A stretch of 49,258 nucleotides of DNA, filler included, from Sphacelaria rigidula (taxonomy: Eukaryota), in the NCBI GenBank assembly GCA_964200075.2. It is 3 parts of 3 records of this genome, joined end to end, with 100 filler letters (N's around TTAATTAATTAA, not from the genome) between each part and the next. Parts side by side here need not be neighbours in the genome. Positions count along the whole stretch, not along the records: positions 1 to 16,355 come from CAXNAA020001387.1; 2 more parts are not named here. The stretch is one strand, 5' to 3'. The notes below the pieces were generated by a model, which searched no databases, was not told where the DNA came from, and saw nothing but the letters and a program-made list of their open reading frames with translations. The position numbers and the translations under genes were made by a program. This document shows positions 1 through 12,800 of the stretch, one piece after another (the stretch's first letter is position 1; each line of letters begins with the position of its first letter).

Positions 1-298
1 CTTCTCGATCTATACGGCAATCAATCTTTCAACCTCAACACATACCAGTATCAAGAACACACAAAAGAAAAACGGGTATCACGTCGCTAAAAGCTGTACT
101 GTCAATGATACCCTACCGACCCAAGGAGGATACAGGATGCAATAGAGCAACCGACGAGAAACCCCATCGTACTTGGGCCTGCAGTTACACACAGGGGACC
201 TACAACAGACAAGACGGCAAATACGGCGCTCGCGGCGCCAACAGCATGATCAACTACATACACGAAGACAACGAAGACACATTCGCTTACAAGGTCCG

Positions 299-832
299 TC
301 AGTCGTCCTCATACTCCTCATCATCATCTTCCCCTTCCTCGGACTCTCCTTCACTGCTACCACCATCACCACTACTACTGCTATCAGATTCCTCCATTGC
401 ACTATCTGATCGATGCGGACACTCTCCCACAGCATGCCCCTCTTCATTGCACCCCTCACACGTCACCACCACTTTTCCCCGCCGCCTATTGCTCCTACAA
501 TCCTTCTCAACGGGAGCACCATTCCGCGCCTTCCGCCGACTGCCATCACCGTTACTTGTACTGCATTTCCCCTTATCGGAATGATCTGTTCGGTTGATGG
601 CATTGGAACCTGCGGCAACATCGAGATCTCGGGGGGAACGAGAGTCACTAGAGCCGGCCATGCTTGGCTTCGGCGATTTGACGTTGACCAAAGGTGCGGG
701 TGAGCTCATGTTCGATGTAAGAGTCCCTACGAGGGCGTTGGCAGCACTTTGCTGAGCTTTGAGCCGATCCTCGCGATAGCTAGCCTCTTGCTGCCGCTCC
801 GCCCATCGCTTTCGTTCTTTTTCGCCCGCCAG
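299..832 (-). CDS. FHA-RING gene exon 7 (charged helix, CCHC knuckle, acidic tail, stop)
   Basis: atcag acceptor; LAGEKERKRWAERQQE...CEGCNEEGHAVGECPHR...EEGEDDDEEYEDD*. Confidence 0.85.
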   Translation of the reverse strand: MAGEKERKRWAERQQEASYREDRLKAQQSAANALVGTLTSNMSSPAPLVNVKSPKPSMAGSSDSRSPRDLDVAAGSNAINRTDHSDKGKCSTSNGDGSRRKARNGAPVEKDCRSNRRRGKVVVTCEGCNEEGHAVGECPHRSDSAMEESDSSSSGDGGSSEGESEEGEDDDEEYEDD

Positions 833-3800
833 CTGATGATTGCATCGAGGCACAGACGACAAAAATCGCACCCAAAACCAGAGAGGGGCCGCTCAAGCTT
901 CTTATCTGACAAAATGACCGACAAGTGGGTTCATGTGGCATGATACGTGACTATATAGAGAGCAACAGCGCAATTTACCGCATGCGGTTCCCGTTTGCTA
1001 TAAGTACTGTAAAATACATTCCATCACGAGGCGGCAGTATCTCCATTTATGGAATATTCGTTCGTGGATATTCATATTTTCCGCAAGGGAATTCGAAATC
1101 ACCGCACGACAAAACCTAGTTGGGGGGAAGGGGGGTGCTATCCTACCGGGTGACGAGAACGTACACCAGTTGCAACAGTACTCTACAAATGGCTACAGGG
1201 CTCGAGGCTAGGTGCGGTCAACCTGACACCGGATACAGGCGGTGGGGGCGAGAACGCAGAGACAAAAGCTAGTATGATTCCAGGCGCTGGAAAAAAAAGG
1301 TGCTCTTAACAAAAATCGAGCGTACGAGAGACGCGACGAAAACTCACCTTCTGGATGAAGGACGTGATGAGGAGGTCCAAGCTGGCGCACCGCCGTCCAC
1401 GCTCTGATGAGTGACATTTCCTCATGCACACGGGACACCTGACACATGGGAGCACGACGATCACATGCAGAATATGAGTCCACAAGAATATGGATGTGTA
1501 TGAGCGCCACTTGATCGAGCCATCGGCCTTCCAACCTAGACGACACCTCTGAGCGGTGGAGTACGACAGAGAGATGAATCGTGCGGCTTTCACTTGGGCT
1601 CATTATTGTCCGAGCAGGATATTTTCTCGCTCGTGGATCTAACCACAAACGTGACCGGCGCATGCGTCACACGTGAGTGCTATGACATCCCACTTCAGCG
1701 TTGCCTTGTCCACTGAGGGAGTGACCAAGTTATTCGTTCATTGTTTTTTATTTCCGGACATTAGTCCGATCTCTCGAACCCGTGATCATAGACGTAGGCT
1801 CGTCTTCCTAATACCGTCTCTGCTATTCCTTACGAGACATGGAGTTCTCCATAACTTTTTTCGAGACTTCAGCCTAATGACAAGAACAAACGCAATCAAC
1901 CAAAATATTACCGAAATGAACATAAGAACAGAGTCGCCAAGAAAAACATTAGAAGTAGCTTCCCCGAGTACAGCCCCCCCAAAAACTTCAGATCTGCTAA
2001 GAACATTCGTATGATCGAGAAAACTCAAAGCTTCAGTACGACGCGAGAGAGAAGCATGTTCAACACTTCCGACGAGGCGAGGTGTGCCTGCACGGAAACT
2101 TGACCACGCCAAACAGGCTTCTGCTGTCACCCATTCATCCAACGCATTGCCAAGCGCGCATCGTAGCGACCCGAGTTAGCTCCCATCACGCCAACTCCTT
2201 CCCACAACATGCAGAACACAGGATTCCACGGCATCGAACGTGCGGAACCTGTGGGCACCACTATATGAGCATGCATCGTACAGCATCGGTTCACATACAT
2301 TTGCTCAACTCACGTAGATTCACCCTTCTGCACGTGTTCGATCCAGCAAAGTCTGCAGAAGCAGTGAGAGCAAGGCAACACGGCCGCATCCAACAGCACC
2401 TCAGAGCACAGCCCACACATGGCATCGCCGAGCACCTCCATTACCGTCCCCGAACTCGGATCTGTTCGGTCATCCCCGTCCTCCTCCGCCGACACACGCG
2501 CCGAGTTCATGGACAAGGAACGGAGAGTTTCGACTGCATTCGCTGTGTCGGAACGGGCTAGGTTCGCACCTCCTCGTTCCACCACGCCAGGGTTCGTTTC
2601 TGGAGCATGACTACTTGTACTGGACAGATTAACGTTCGCGGAACTCAATGACCGTTGTTCGGCTGTTGGCTCCCGTTGTGCGGGTGGTCTCATTGGGGGA
2701 GCCTTGGATGCGGTGTCAGGGTTCCGCCGCTTTCGAGAGGCCGCGCGAGGTGCAGGCGCAGGCGCAGGCGCAGGCGCAGGCGCAGGCGCAGGGATTTCTC
2801 GCTCAAAGCGATACCTGGCATGAAAGCATTGCGGAGGGTATCTCAGGAGGAGCGACAGAAAAAGGAGACGACCCTTGTATTTTGTATCGTGATGAGGATG
2901 CTCCGTGTCCAGATTCAATTTCCACACCACTTCAACACGGTACATCACCTGTCAGTAGGAGTACATGTTTGTATCTTCTGCAGCCACCTCACTTGCCCCT
3001 TTTTGGTCAAATGCCGTCTCACAGCCGCTCTTCTTACTTTGTTGACCATTGTTGGCAGACTGTACTGCAAGGTCGCACCTGATATGGCAGAAATCCCCCG
3101 CAAAAACAGTGCCAACCGGCACGCCCGCCGCGCCGCCGAACTGTACAATGTCGCCCGGTTTGAGCTGTTTTTTTATTTCCCGTACATTGTTCACGAAAAT
3201 TCCGTTCGTTGAGTTCTGCGAAGCACGTCAAACGCATATCCGAGCGACGATAATCGTACGGGGTGTAGGTATCACTGAAAACCAAAATTGTACAACCCCT
3301 GCACAAAAGCACCGCGATGAGCTCGAGGACTATGGTCCAGGTCAAAGGTACATGTATGTTTTGACGCGCTACAACCTATTGCACACGGCATCTTCAGAAG
3401 AAATGACGTGGGGATTCAGCACTGGGCAACGAAAAAAATGTGCAAACTCGTCCCTCCATGAGCCACGACACGTCTTCGCCACAAATAATCGTCAGGGTGT
3501 GTACCAGGAGTAGGTGTAGCGTACAGTACCACATATAATACAACGATGATACACATACTGGAAAATAATACCTGTGCGCGCAACAACATGAAAAAAATCG
3601 AATAGAGAGCGAATGGTGTCCATGATATTTGCAGCATGTTCGGCTGTACCATACAGAGACGGCTCCGACTCTGGACAACCTACCTACCAGTACCAGCTTT
3701 GTCAAGGCAGGACGTTTGTCGAGAAATCCGTTTGGACGTCTTTCTCATGCCCCGTATCAAGCAATAAGCAATCATGCACACATCCAACGTCCACGACAAA

Positions 3801-6800
3801 TGAGTCGTGGGGCCCATGGTCGTCGAATTAGACGTCGCCGTTTTTTTCGCACTTTGTCGCACGACTCGACTCTTGGTCGTCACCAATTCCCGAGTTTAGT
3901 CGTACAACTCGACTCTGAGTCGTCGCCACTTTGTGAGTGCAGCCATCGGGGTCGACTCTTAGCCGTCCCTCAATTTGCGAATCAAGTCATACGAGTTGAG
4001 CTCCAGTAAGGCTTGCTACTAGTGTGTGCGAAACAGACATTCGTTCAAGAGCTACCCTAACCGTTCAAGAGTTACCCTATCCAAATGTCCAAGTTAAGTT
4101 ACTTATCCGGGGAAAAAATACGCGAATACCCCCAAGTTCTAGCTGTTCTCTTTATTTCATTTGGCTTCACGCAGACGGCACAATGCAGTCGTAGTGAAGT
4201 ACGGTGCTGTACAGTAGAAAACATGCAGTATTGTGCCAACAGTAGTGGTACAGAACAGCACGCACGGCACGGTCCTGTGCTGGGCATGAGCAGGGCTCAA
4301 AATATTGTGCCCACGAAATCGACATCTCGTTCACGCTTCAGATACTCCTAGATCCTCCACTCAATGCGTGCTGCCGTGCGAAGGAAGTACTGCACAGTTC
4401 CCCATGATCATGATACTACTGCACAGCCCCTATTCCTCATGAGACTTGGGCTCTGCCGCCCGCAGCAGTTGCGTGTGCGATGCCGAACGGCATTCAAAAG
4501 GACATGTGCTCGTTTGCACAGAGGGCGCCATCTGTCCAATGGAGTGCCTCTACAGCCTAGACGTGTTGCTCCATGGGGTGACGTTGTGGCGCATTCCAAC
4601 GCAGGGGATTCTTGCGACACTTGCAATCAAAGCTGCTGGAATGATGTATCCTTCCTGTTCGAATCATGACGGTGCTCATCAGGGTTTGGCTTCTCGCACT
4701 TGTTTGTACATGTTGTCACACGTACCAAATAGTCGCAGAAGTGACCCCTGAAGTGTCCCTGATTTCTCGAAAAATTTCGTGGGGTTTTGTCCAGGTCACC
4801 CTCATTTTTCGAATTTCGCCGTGGGAGTTTACTCTCAGTCGTCCATCGTGTTTCGATTCCAGTCTTGAGGGTGGATTTCAAGTCGCCCCTGCTATTTGGA
4901 AGTTTGTCGTAGGAGTCAGTCGACTCCGAGTTGTACATCATATTTGAAACATGCCACGGGTGGATAACTTTTTCTGTGCGTCAAGGTCGGACAGCATGGA
5001 ACCTGGAGAACCAGTGCCAGACTTGCGGGGGATCGCTGGGGGCCATGTCAGCGACCAGGGCACCAGGCGAAGGACTCCAAGAATCAGACCGCCGGTATCA
5101 CCGGGGACATGCGAAGGCCGTGGTCACGCATGTCAACGCAGCCCCCACTGCTCCGAAAGGTGGGAGGTGCTGATGTGGTAGTGGTCCTGCCGGCTGGATT
5201 TTCAAGTCCGGTGGGAAACAGCGCGACGAGACGGGCGCCGCCCGACTGTGGGGGATGAATTCCTTCGAACCCCCTCGTGTCGAAGTCGAGGCGGGATAAA
5301 CGCACAAGGATCATATGCAAACTGCTGATGATTGAATCGGCGAAACGACTCTTCCGAACATCAACAGTGCAGCGGGGCCGTGGCACGAGCAAAAACAGTT
5401 GGCAGTGGCGCATAGGACTCGAGCGAAAACAGAAGCGGCCCAAAATCCACGACGACCTGGGCCTGTCCATGCACCAATTTTGCAGCATGCCGCACGAGAA
5501 GAGCCGCCTGCGGAGTAAGGGGGCATCGGCTGTCGATTGCGTTGGCCACGCGAAAGGGGCGGGAGGGGCGGCGGCCGCGGTGGCAGATGCGACCGTGAAT
5601 GACGGTTGGGAATTGGGATGCTGGGGACGAGCAGGTGGGCAAAGACCGCCGGCGGTGGCGGCGGACACAAATATATAAAGTGCGGTGGTGAGGTGTTCGG
5701 CTGGTGTGTCCAGTCAACTCGCGATAGGAAGCGAGGAAAGGGAGAGAGAGGTGGCTGCAGCGGCGGTAAATGTACCTGGGAAGACCCCTGCCGCGCCGGA
5801 AGGACAGCGTCCTTGTGACTTCGATCGACACGGACCAGTGGCTGGTCGTATTGCCGGTTTCCCCCATGAGGTACATTGCGCGGATGGGAGCTGGTGCAAT
5901 CCAAGTGACCGTAGAACGCATCTTCAGCACTGCCTCCAAGTATATCCTGGTAAAAACGGTGTATGCCGCCATTACGAATCTCAGGTCTGGGAGCGAAATA
6001 GCCTGGCCACCTGACGACCAGTACTCCTCACTGACGCCACGACTGATGGTGGCGTTTTTCGTGATGATATTCCTAATGGCCGGCTGCGACTTCCTGCCGT
6101 CCGTGTTCGGCAGTCCGTTCATCAGCGTGTGGAAGTTCGTTCTGAACGCTTTGCGCACGACAGGGCTGTAGATGACGCCGGTTTTGGTGATGGTGGATGA
6201 TCGGCTTGCTATCGATATCGACGAGGGAGTCAAGCTGCTGGTTGATATCTCCAAGTTCAAGAACGCCTTGACGCAAGACCGTAAAGACCCGGGAGTCGTT
6301 TTGGCTACCGCTGTCAGCCATTGCCGTACATCAACACAACCCGGAAGTGCACCCCTCGTCTCAATTCACACATGCCGTCTCGACGGTGTCTCGACCTATG
6401 CGCTCCCACCAAACACGTCAAGAAGGTCGACGACGTACTGGAGTACTGGTGGGGCGCTCCAGGTGCAGAAAGTCGACTTCAACGGACGCGGTTGTTAAGC
6501 AGGGGAAATAATATCAGAAAGAGGGGAAGAGGGCATGGTTGAGCTGATACGCGACAACACCGTCCTTATTTTGTCGAGTCATAGCTATGTGGACGTGTCT
6601 GTTCATGTGCGAAGTCTGCGGTGCAATTGCGAGTCAGAGAAAGCAGCAAGACGCCATAGGAGCCGATCGTGCAAGTGCTTAGAGAATTGCACACTAAGCT
6701 GCGGTTGTAACGGCCGGTGCTTCTCCGGCGCGTCCCCGCTCCAGCACACGGTGAATTCGCTCGTGCCGCCGCGTAGGGAAGAAGAGAAGAGGAGTGGTGG

Positions 6801-9800
6801 CGAGCGAGATGGAGGAGGAGGCGGATGGTCGCAGCAGAGCATTTCCAAGGCAGGCTGTGTATTGGACGTGACCGGGAGTGTGACGCAGGCTACCGAGCAT
6901 ACAATTGTTTGTGTTTGTCCTGGTACGGGTCTTCCATGGGGCAAGAGGAGGGAGGCCGCTGTGGGGAAATTGAAGAACGGTGTGGGTGCAAGTGGCCGCA
7001 ACGGGCGTGATGCTGGCGGTGGATCAGCCAACATCCATGGTTCTAACTTGTCCCCACGGATTTCATCGGAGATGGCGGAGCCGACTGCAGTGATGGAGAA
7101 CGGAGGAGTCAGAACCCGACGACGATACGAAACAAAACGAAGACGATTTTGTGGTTCTTAAATGACGTCGTTCAGTGAGCATGAGGCCTCTCGTATACTA
7201 TGTTGTATCAGGCACTTCTCAGGTACAGATTGTTGTTAGTGTATGATGGCGGCGTGGTGGTGCTGCACCCTTGAGTACATCATCGGAGCGGAGTGTGATA
7301 CAAATGAAACATGTCGCAGGCAGTCCACTGTGATGAACGCATGGTGTGTGTTAACCCTTTCGAAATCCTCCCCTTCCGTCCCCGAGCTAGACGCCTCATT
7401 ATTTCAAGTCCTGGCAAGAAAGAAAAGATGGGAACAGCAAAGACCGACGGCTGCCATTTTCACGGCGGAAGGACACAGAAGAATCCGCCAGCATACGTCA
7501 TGCGCGCACCAAAAATGTCACCCCGGTGTGGTCGGATTAGTTCTGTCCAGTGCGGGACGCACCGCGTCAAGTTTGCTCAAGGTTGTGTACACAGCCAAGT
7601 TTGCTCAAGGTTGTGCACACAGCCAAAATCAGCACTTGCATGCCTGCAAGTCTTGAACAAAAATCGGCACCACCCGTATACTTTTTATATATTGAGTCCC
7701 GTGCGGCACTGGGTCACATAGTGGTAGGGGTCTAAAAAAGCACGGCTTGGGCTAACAGTTTAGTGTGAAAGCTGTAAGTACTCAACCATATGTCATTAAA
7801 AAAAGCGCCACGAAATCCACCATTTTTCCGTTGCTAGTACAATGATGTTGACCATCTTCTATGCGAGATGCTGGGGAGGGAAATATGTCCGCAAATGTCT
7901 TCACCAGAGGTGGAAGGCATATAAATTAAATTGTTGCAAATAAGTGAGCCATACTTCTTTGCTATTTGCCCCCCGTCGACCACAGGCCCGACAAGTCCGT
8001 CGAAAACCATACCGTCAAATCCCTACCAGTACATATCTTTCGCATGAGGGGGCGATATGAGGCACCTACCATCTCGTGCCACTTCCTTAAACTTTATACA
8101 GCGAGCGTCGCCTCGGAACAGCTTCACAGGCCGACAGTCGAGAGAGACATTCGTGGGTTTCCAGTGGCCGGGGAGGGGGGCGGGGCGTCTGTCCGCAGAG
8201 CAGCCGAAAAGCTCCCTCAGTCAACCATGTGTGTTTGCAAGTTTCCCGCGGAATGTTCCGAGGTAGAAACGAGGCCTGAGAGGCGCGGAATGAGCATTCT
8301 GACCAATCACGGCCGTCGAAATGGGCACGTAGTTCCCCTACAGGTAGACCACAGATGGACTACTTCGCCGTCTACCGGTTTTTCTCATTTTGGTTATGGC
8401 CATTCAACCATAAATTACATGGGTACAAATGACTTGTTTTGTACTCTGCTCGAGGTCTGTGCCGCCTCTCTGACGCCTCATGTGTTGCCAGCATAGCTTC
8501 ACACTGTCTGTAGTGTTGTTGAACACCAAGCAGAGGCATCAGCAGCATGAAGTAAATTGTGTTTCGTGGAGAGCGATGGCACGCTGACTGTTCCTTGCCG
8601 TTGTATCCATCGGAGACATACCGCACACATACTAACTCTGTACGCTGTTGACTGCACGGTCAAAACCGGTCAGGAGCTCACTGAAAATACTTTCTGTATA
8701 GATGCCCAGCATCCACACGATTATGGAAAAAGGCGTTTTTTGTAGCGAGGAATGAGCTGTTCTGAACCCCAGATGTGACATTGTTCATCTCAGTCCACCT
8801 GCGGGGGTGCGGGGGGATTCGCTGTTCAAGGGTTGAACCATGTGATGGCACGAGGTTCAACTGCCAAATGACGCAACTACTCGACAGTGTGATACACGTG
8901 CACCCGGCGCCACAGCTGCCCGTCCCAACTTTGTGCAAACCGTTCGAAACACATCAGGGTGTCGTGCATGACCGGCTCTTATCCCTTTGAGTATGCAGAC
9001 CTTTCGGAAACAAAAATTATTCCGTGGATAATATAATACTGTGCAGTTTGAATACCACACCGATATTCTCATGGCGTGGTATTTGTGCGCTGGTGGCAAC
9101 AAGGGTGGGATAGAGATATGTACCACCCGCAGAGATAAGGAGCGAATGAAAGAAGCAGCATCGCAATCCCCACGCCAATCCGGAACCAATTTGGTGGCGT
9201 TTCGTCAAGTGAAACGCTCGAGTGTTTGAAGAGTGGGTGGTGCAGTGTCACAGACCACTGGAATGCCTTGTGTAATCCCGGGGTTCTCTGTTGTGCTCTC
9301 CATCGTACTGTATCACTCCGGCCTCGACCTCTGATGACAGTATCTTGCGAGTCCATACCCACACTTGCAGCGGACCTAAGATGACGACCTCCCTCATTTC
9401 AATCCCACGTGAAACTTCCGCAATCACACAACTCAACACAACTTGACACAACTTGACACAACTTGACACAACTTAACACAGCAACAACGCTCAAACATCG
9501 ACTTATAGCAGCCAGTGTGACATGCGGTGCAATTACCCGTCTTCGGGAGGATTCACGTGCGCTCTATACCGTATTCATTTCGTGCTGGATTCACCCGCAT
9601 TTCGACGTCCCTATGGCCCCACGCTACGAGCTGGGCCAGCCAAGAAGCGGTTTTGTAGTCTGCAGGCCCATTCTCCACTCAATATTCGGAGTTGGCCCCA
9701 AAAATTTTGTATGAAGAATGAATAGGGCATGATAAAAGAAAAAGATTTATCGACACGAAGTTTTTTTTCCCATGATTAACGGGATTCCACTGAAACCTGA

Positions 9801-12800
9801 AAAGTGATGATGACCTTGAACTCATGAAGGAACAAAAACTTTTGCGTCGATAAATCTTTTCTTCAATGCCCTATTTATTTCAGAGGCCAACTCCAAATAT
9901 TGAAGGGAAAATGTGCCGCTCAGTAACTGGTTCGGTAGAAATTTGAAACAGTATCTTGCAGAGAACTTACCGGGTCACGTTTGGTGTTTGTGTATCGAAA
10001 AATTGTGTGGCATCTTGCTCGGGCATAATGAACAAAACAATGTGTCAGTTTGATGTTTATTTATTTTTTCACCGGTTTAGGGTGGTTATTTGAACAAAAC
10101 AAAAACTTGTTGAAGAGTGCATTTTTGGCCTTTCTCCGTCGTTCTTTCCCCGAAAAGAGGGCTAGGCGGGTGTTTATACCTTGGAATGACTTGCTCTACT
10201 CGCTGAGATCGTTCTAGAGCACCTTGCCGTAGGTCACAGTTCCGTTTCTGGCAAAACTTGCATTTTCAATGACAAACGGTCAAGTTATCAAAAAACAGGG
10301 GAGAAACTGCCATTTTCTGATTACTTGACCGTTTGTTATTGAAAATGCAAGTTTGGCCAAAAACGGAACTGTGACCTACGGCAAGGTGCTCTACAACGGT
10401 CTCAGCGAGTAGAGCATAACGACGGAGAAGGGCCAAAAATGCACTTTTCACCAAGTTTCATTTTTTTATACATGAGACGTAGCCGTTTTTGGCCAAACTT
10501 GCATTTTCAATAACGAAGGGTCGAGTTATAAAAAACGGGGGGAAAGCTAATTTTTTTTTGGTAACTTGACGGTTTGATATTGAAAACGCAAGTTTGGCCA
10601 AAAACGAAACCGTGACCTATGGAAAACGCAAAGGTGCTCTGGAATGGCCTCGGCACTTAGCGCAAGTCATTCCAAGGTGTCAACATCCGCCTTGCCCTTT
10701 ATTCGAGGGAAAAACGACGGAGAAGGGTCAAAAACGCACTTTTCAACAAGTTTCATTTTTTTATGCATAAGAAGTAGCCTTGGGGTGTTTTATTGTGGGA
10801 ACGCCAGTTTTTTACTGAACCTCTCCCAGAAAATAAATTGAAGCCAACACGTATTCAAACATTTTTTTTTGTTTATGCTTTTTTATAAGTTTACTGACCA
10901 TTTTAATTATTTTTACTATTCAGAGCCTATTTTAAGTGACCCCATTTATATAAGTATTAGTAACTCTGTGACCACGGGTTCGAGAGATCGAGCTAATGTG
11001 ATGGATATAATAATAATGATAATGAAAATAACATACTCCGGAGTATACGTTATAAAAACCAGCACCTTCATTATTTTTATGATGAGTATAAAATAAAAAC
11101 TGATGACCGAACTAAAAGAGACACTTTTAAGGACTTCAATATATATTTTTCATGTACAAGCATCATTTTTTGTTAGAAGAAAACTACCAGGAAAAACTGA
11201 ACTATTTGAATTGCCATCACATGTCCCATCATAAATAATGAAATAAATTTTATTTAAACTATTCAGAGATGACACTTTTGAATTTACATCAAAATTGCCT
11301 TCAACAACCGCAAGCGCTAATAGTTTGATTACATTTGCATGAAGTCAAGCCCATTTTTTTTACACCACATACCTCTGCGGTTCTCCACGCTAAACTTCAA
11401 ATCTAAATCTAAAAATTGAGAAGAGACCCAAGAGCAATGTTTATTTCTCCTCAAAACTCCCCTAATAATACGAACAAAAGTGACTAAAAACTGTTTTCAA
11501 ATTTCATTATGCACCAGCGGTTCTCTGCACAAAATTTGATAAAACAACTCTCAAAAACTGAGACGCGATATCTTGATTTAGTGCATTCAGTGCCTCTGCT
11601 CGTAATATATTGTTTTTATCATGGAACCTCATGTGCGCCAGATCTCGAGATACCGGTAAATAACGAATCAGGTTGAGGTGAGGGTATCTATCGTTTCCCC
11701 GTGCTCCAGGAGATGTACACACCAAAAATCGTCGTCACCCGCTGAAAGTATCGTTCGGGGTTTCATATAGATTTTGGTATGGACGCTATCTCAGTACGGT
11801 ATATGAGTTACAAGACATGGGGTTTAATCAACGAGGAAATATTGGCCCAAACTTGAGCAGATGGGCACCTTCCTTTTGATGAGACGATGAAAACGATGTG
11901 CGGCTCACGGCCCAACTCGTCTGTGTCGATGAGATATTGATTTCAGAGCTTGAGCCCGTTTTAGGCTGGCCCAACTCGTATCGACTATATTTTGTCACAC
12001 AGGGCATGGTCCAAGCTCATTTCAATTTTGTTGTGTAGCTGATATTCACAACTACGACCTCTCCAGGCGGCACTATGATTATCCTTATTTCCGCACAATA
12101 GCTCGATCTCTCGAACCCGTGGTCACAGACGTAGGCTCGTCTTTCCATGATACGCTCCTGTACTTGTAGCTATCGGAAAGGTGGAGCTGAAGTTCAATCA
12201 TGTGTCTGCAAATATCGCATCATTTCACGTAGGTACATGCGCGATGGTAGAACCTGACGGCTCCTGCTGAGAGAGGATACTTATTTGCGCTGTCTCAGTG
12301 CACGATCAACATTGTACCGTGAGTTGTGGACCGAGAAAGCGCCCTCACTCCAAAGTGGATAATGACTTCATATTTGTACAGGAAATATCAGTCACCGGTT
12401 CGTGCGCTGTCATGCTGAAGGGCTCACCAGATCTCGAATCGTGTAGTCGTCCGCGTCATCACCGCCACTCTTGGTCCGTACGATCTCCGCGTGCTTTCGA
12501 GATATGGTGTTGTTCGGCAAATCCAACACGACGTGCACTGATTTGCGACTCCTGCCAAGGACGGTCTTCTCACTGCCAAAGCCAACAACAACCACCGAGG
12601 TAAAACGGGAAATATATATATTCAAATTGTGGTACAGTACCTTATTTTCTTCATCCGAAATACGGAAATGGCGAAAATACTCTGGAGACAAGCATTCCCG
12701 TAATACTTGTGAAGGATAGCACTTACACGAAAGAGTCAAGAAATTGTGCGGATCCCCCCCCGCCGCCGCGCCCCGGAGACTCCCGACAAAACACTGCGCC

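Larger units (their letters stand above)
9627..11978 (-). mobile_element. Non-autonomous Tc1/mariner-type element (family C) with nested insertions
   Basis: TA|CGAGCTGGGCCAGCC ... GGCTGGCCCAACTCG|TA. Segments 9930-10030 and 11510-11978 are reverse-complement homologues of parts of 16903-18697. Confidence 0.8.

Noticed and set aside
5084..6260. Long minus-strand ORFs of 194, 197 and 299 aa
   Set aside because: They are antisense shadows of the GC-rich plus-strand transposon relic and show no motifs.
7568..7625. CRISPR-like 28-bp repeat
   Set aside because: Two adjacent copies with no spacers, no cas genes, and a eukaryotic context.
8860..8945. Cys-rich peptide SCGAGCTCITLSSSC on the minus strand as a second CXC relic
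   Set aside because: Too short, with no supporting flanking motifs.
10965..12129. 31-bp inverted pair read as TIRs or as Academ TAG termini
   Set aside because: Homology runs past the TAG into a tail in all four copies, so these are two oppositely oriented retroposon ends.
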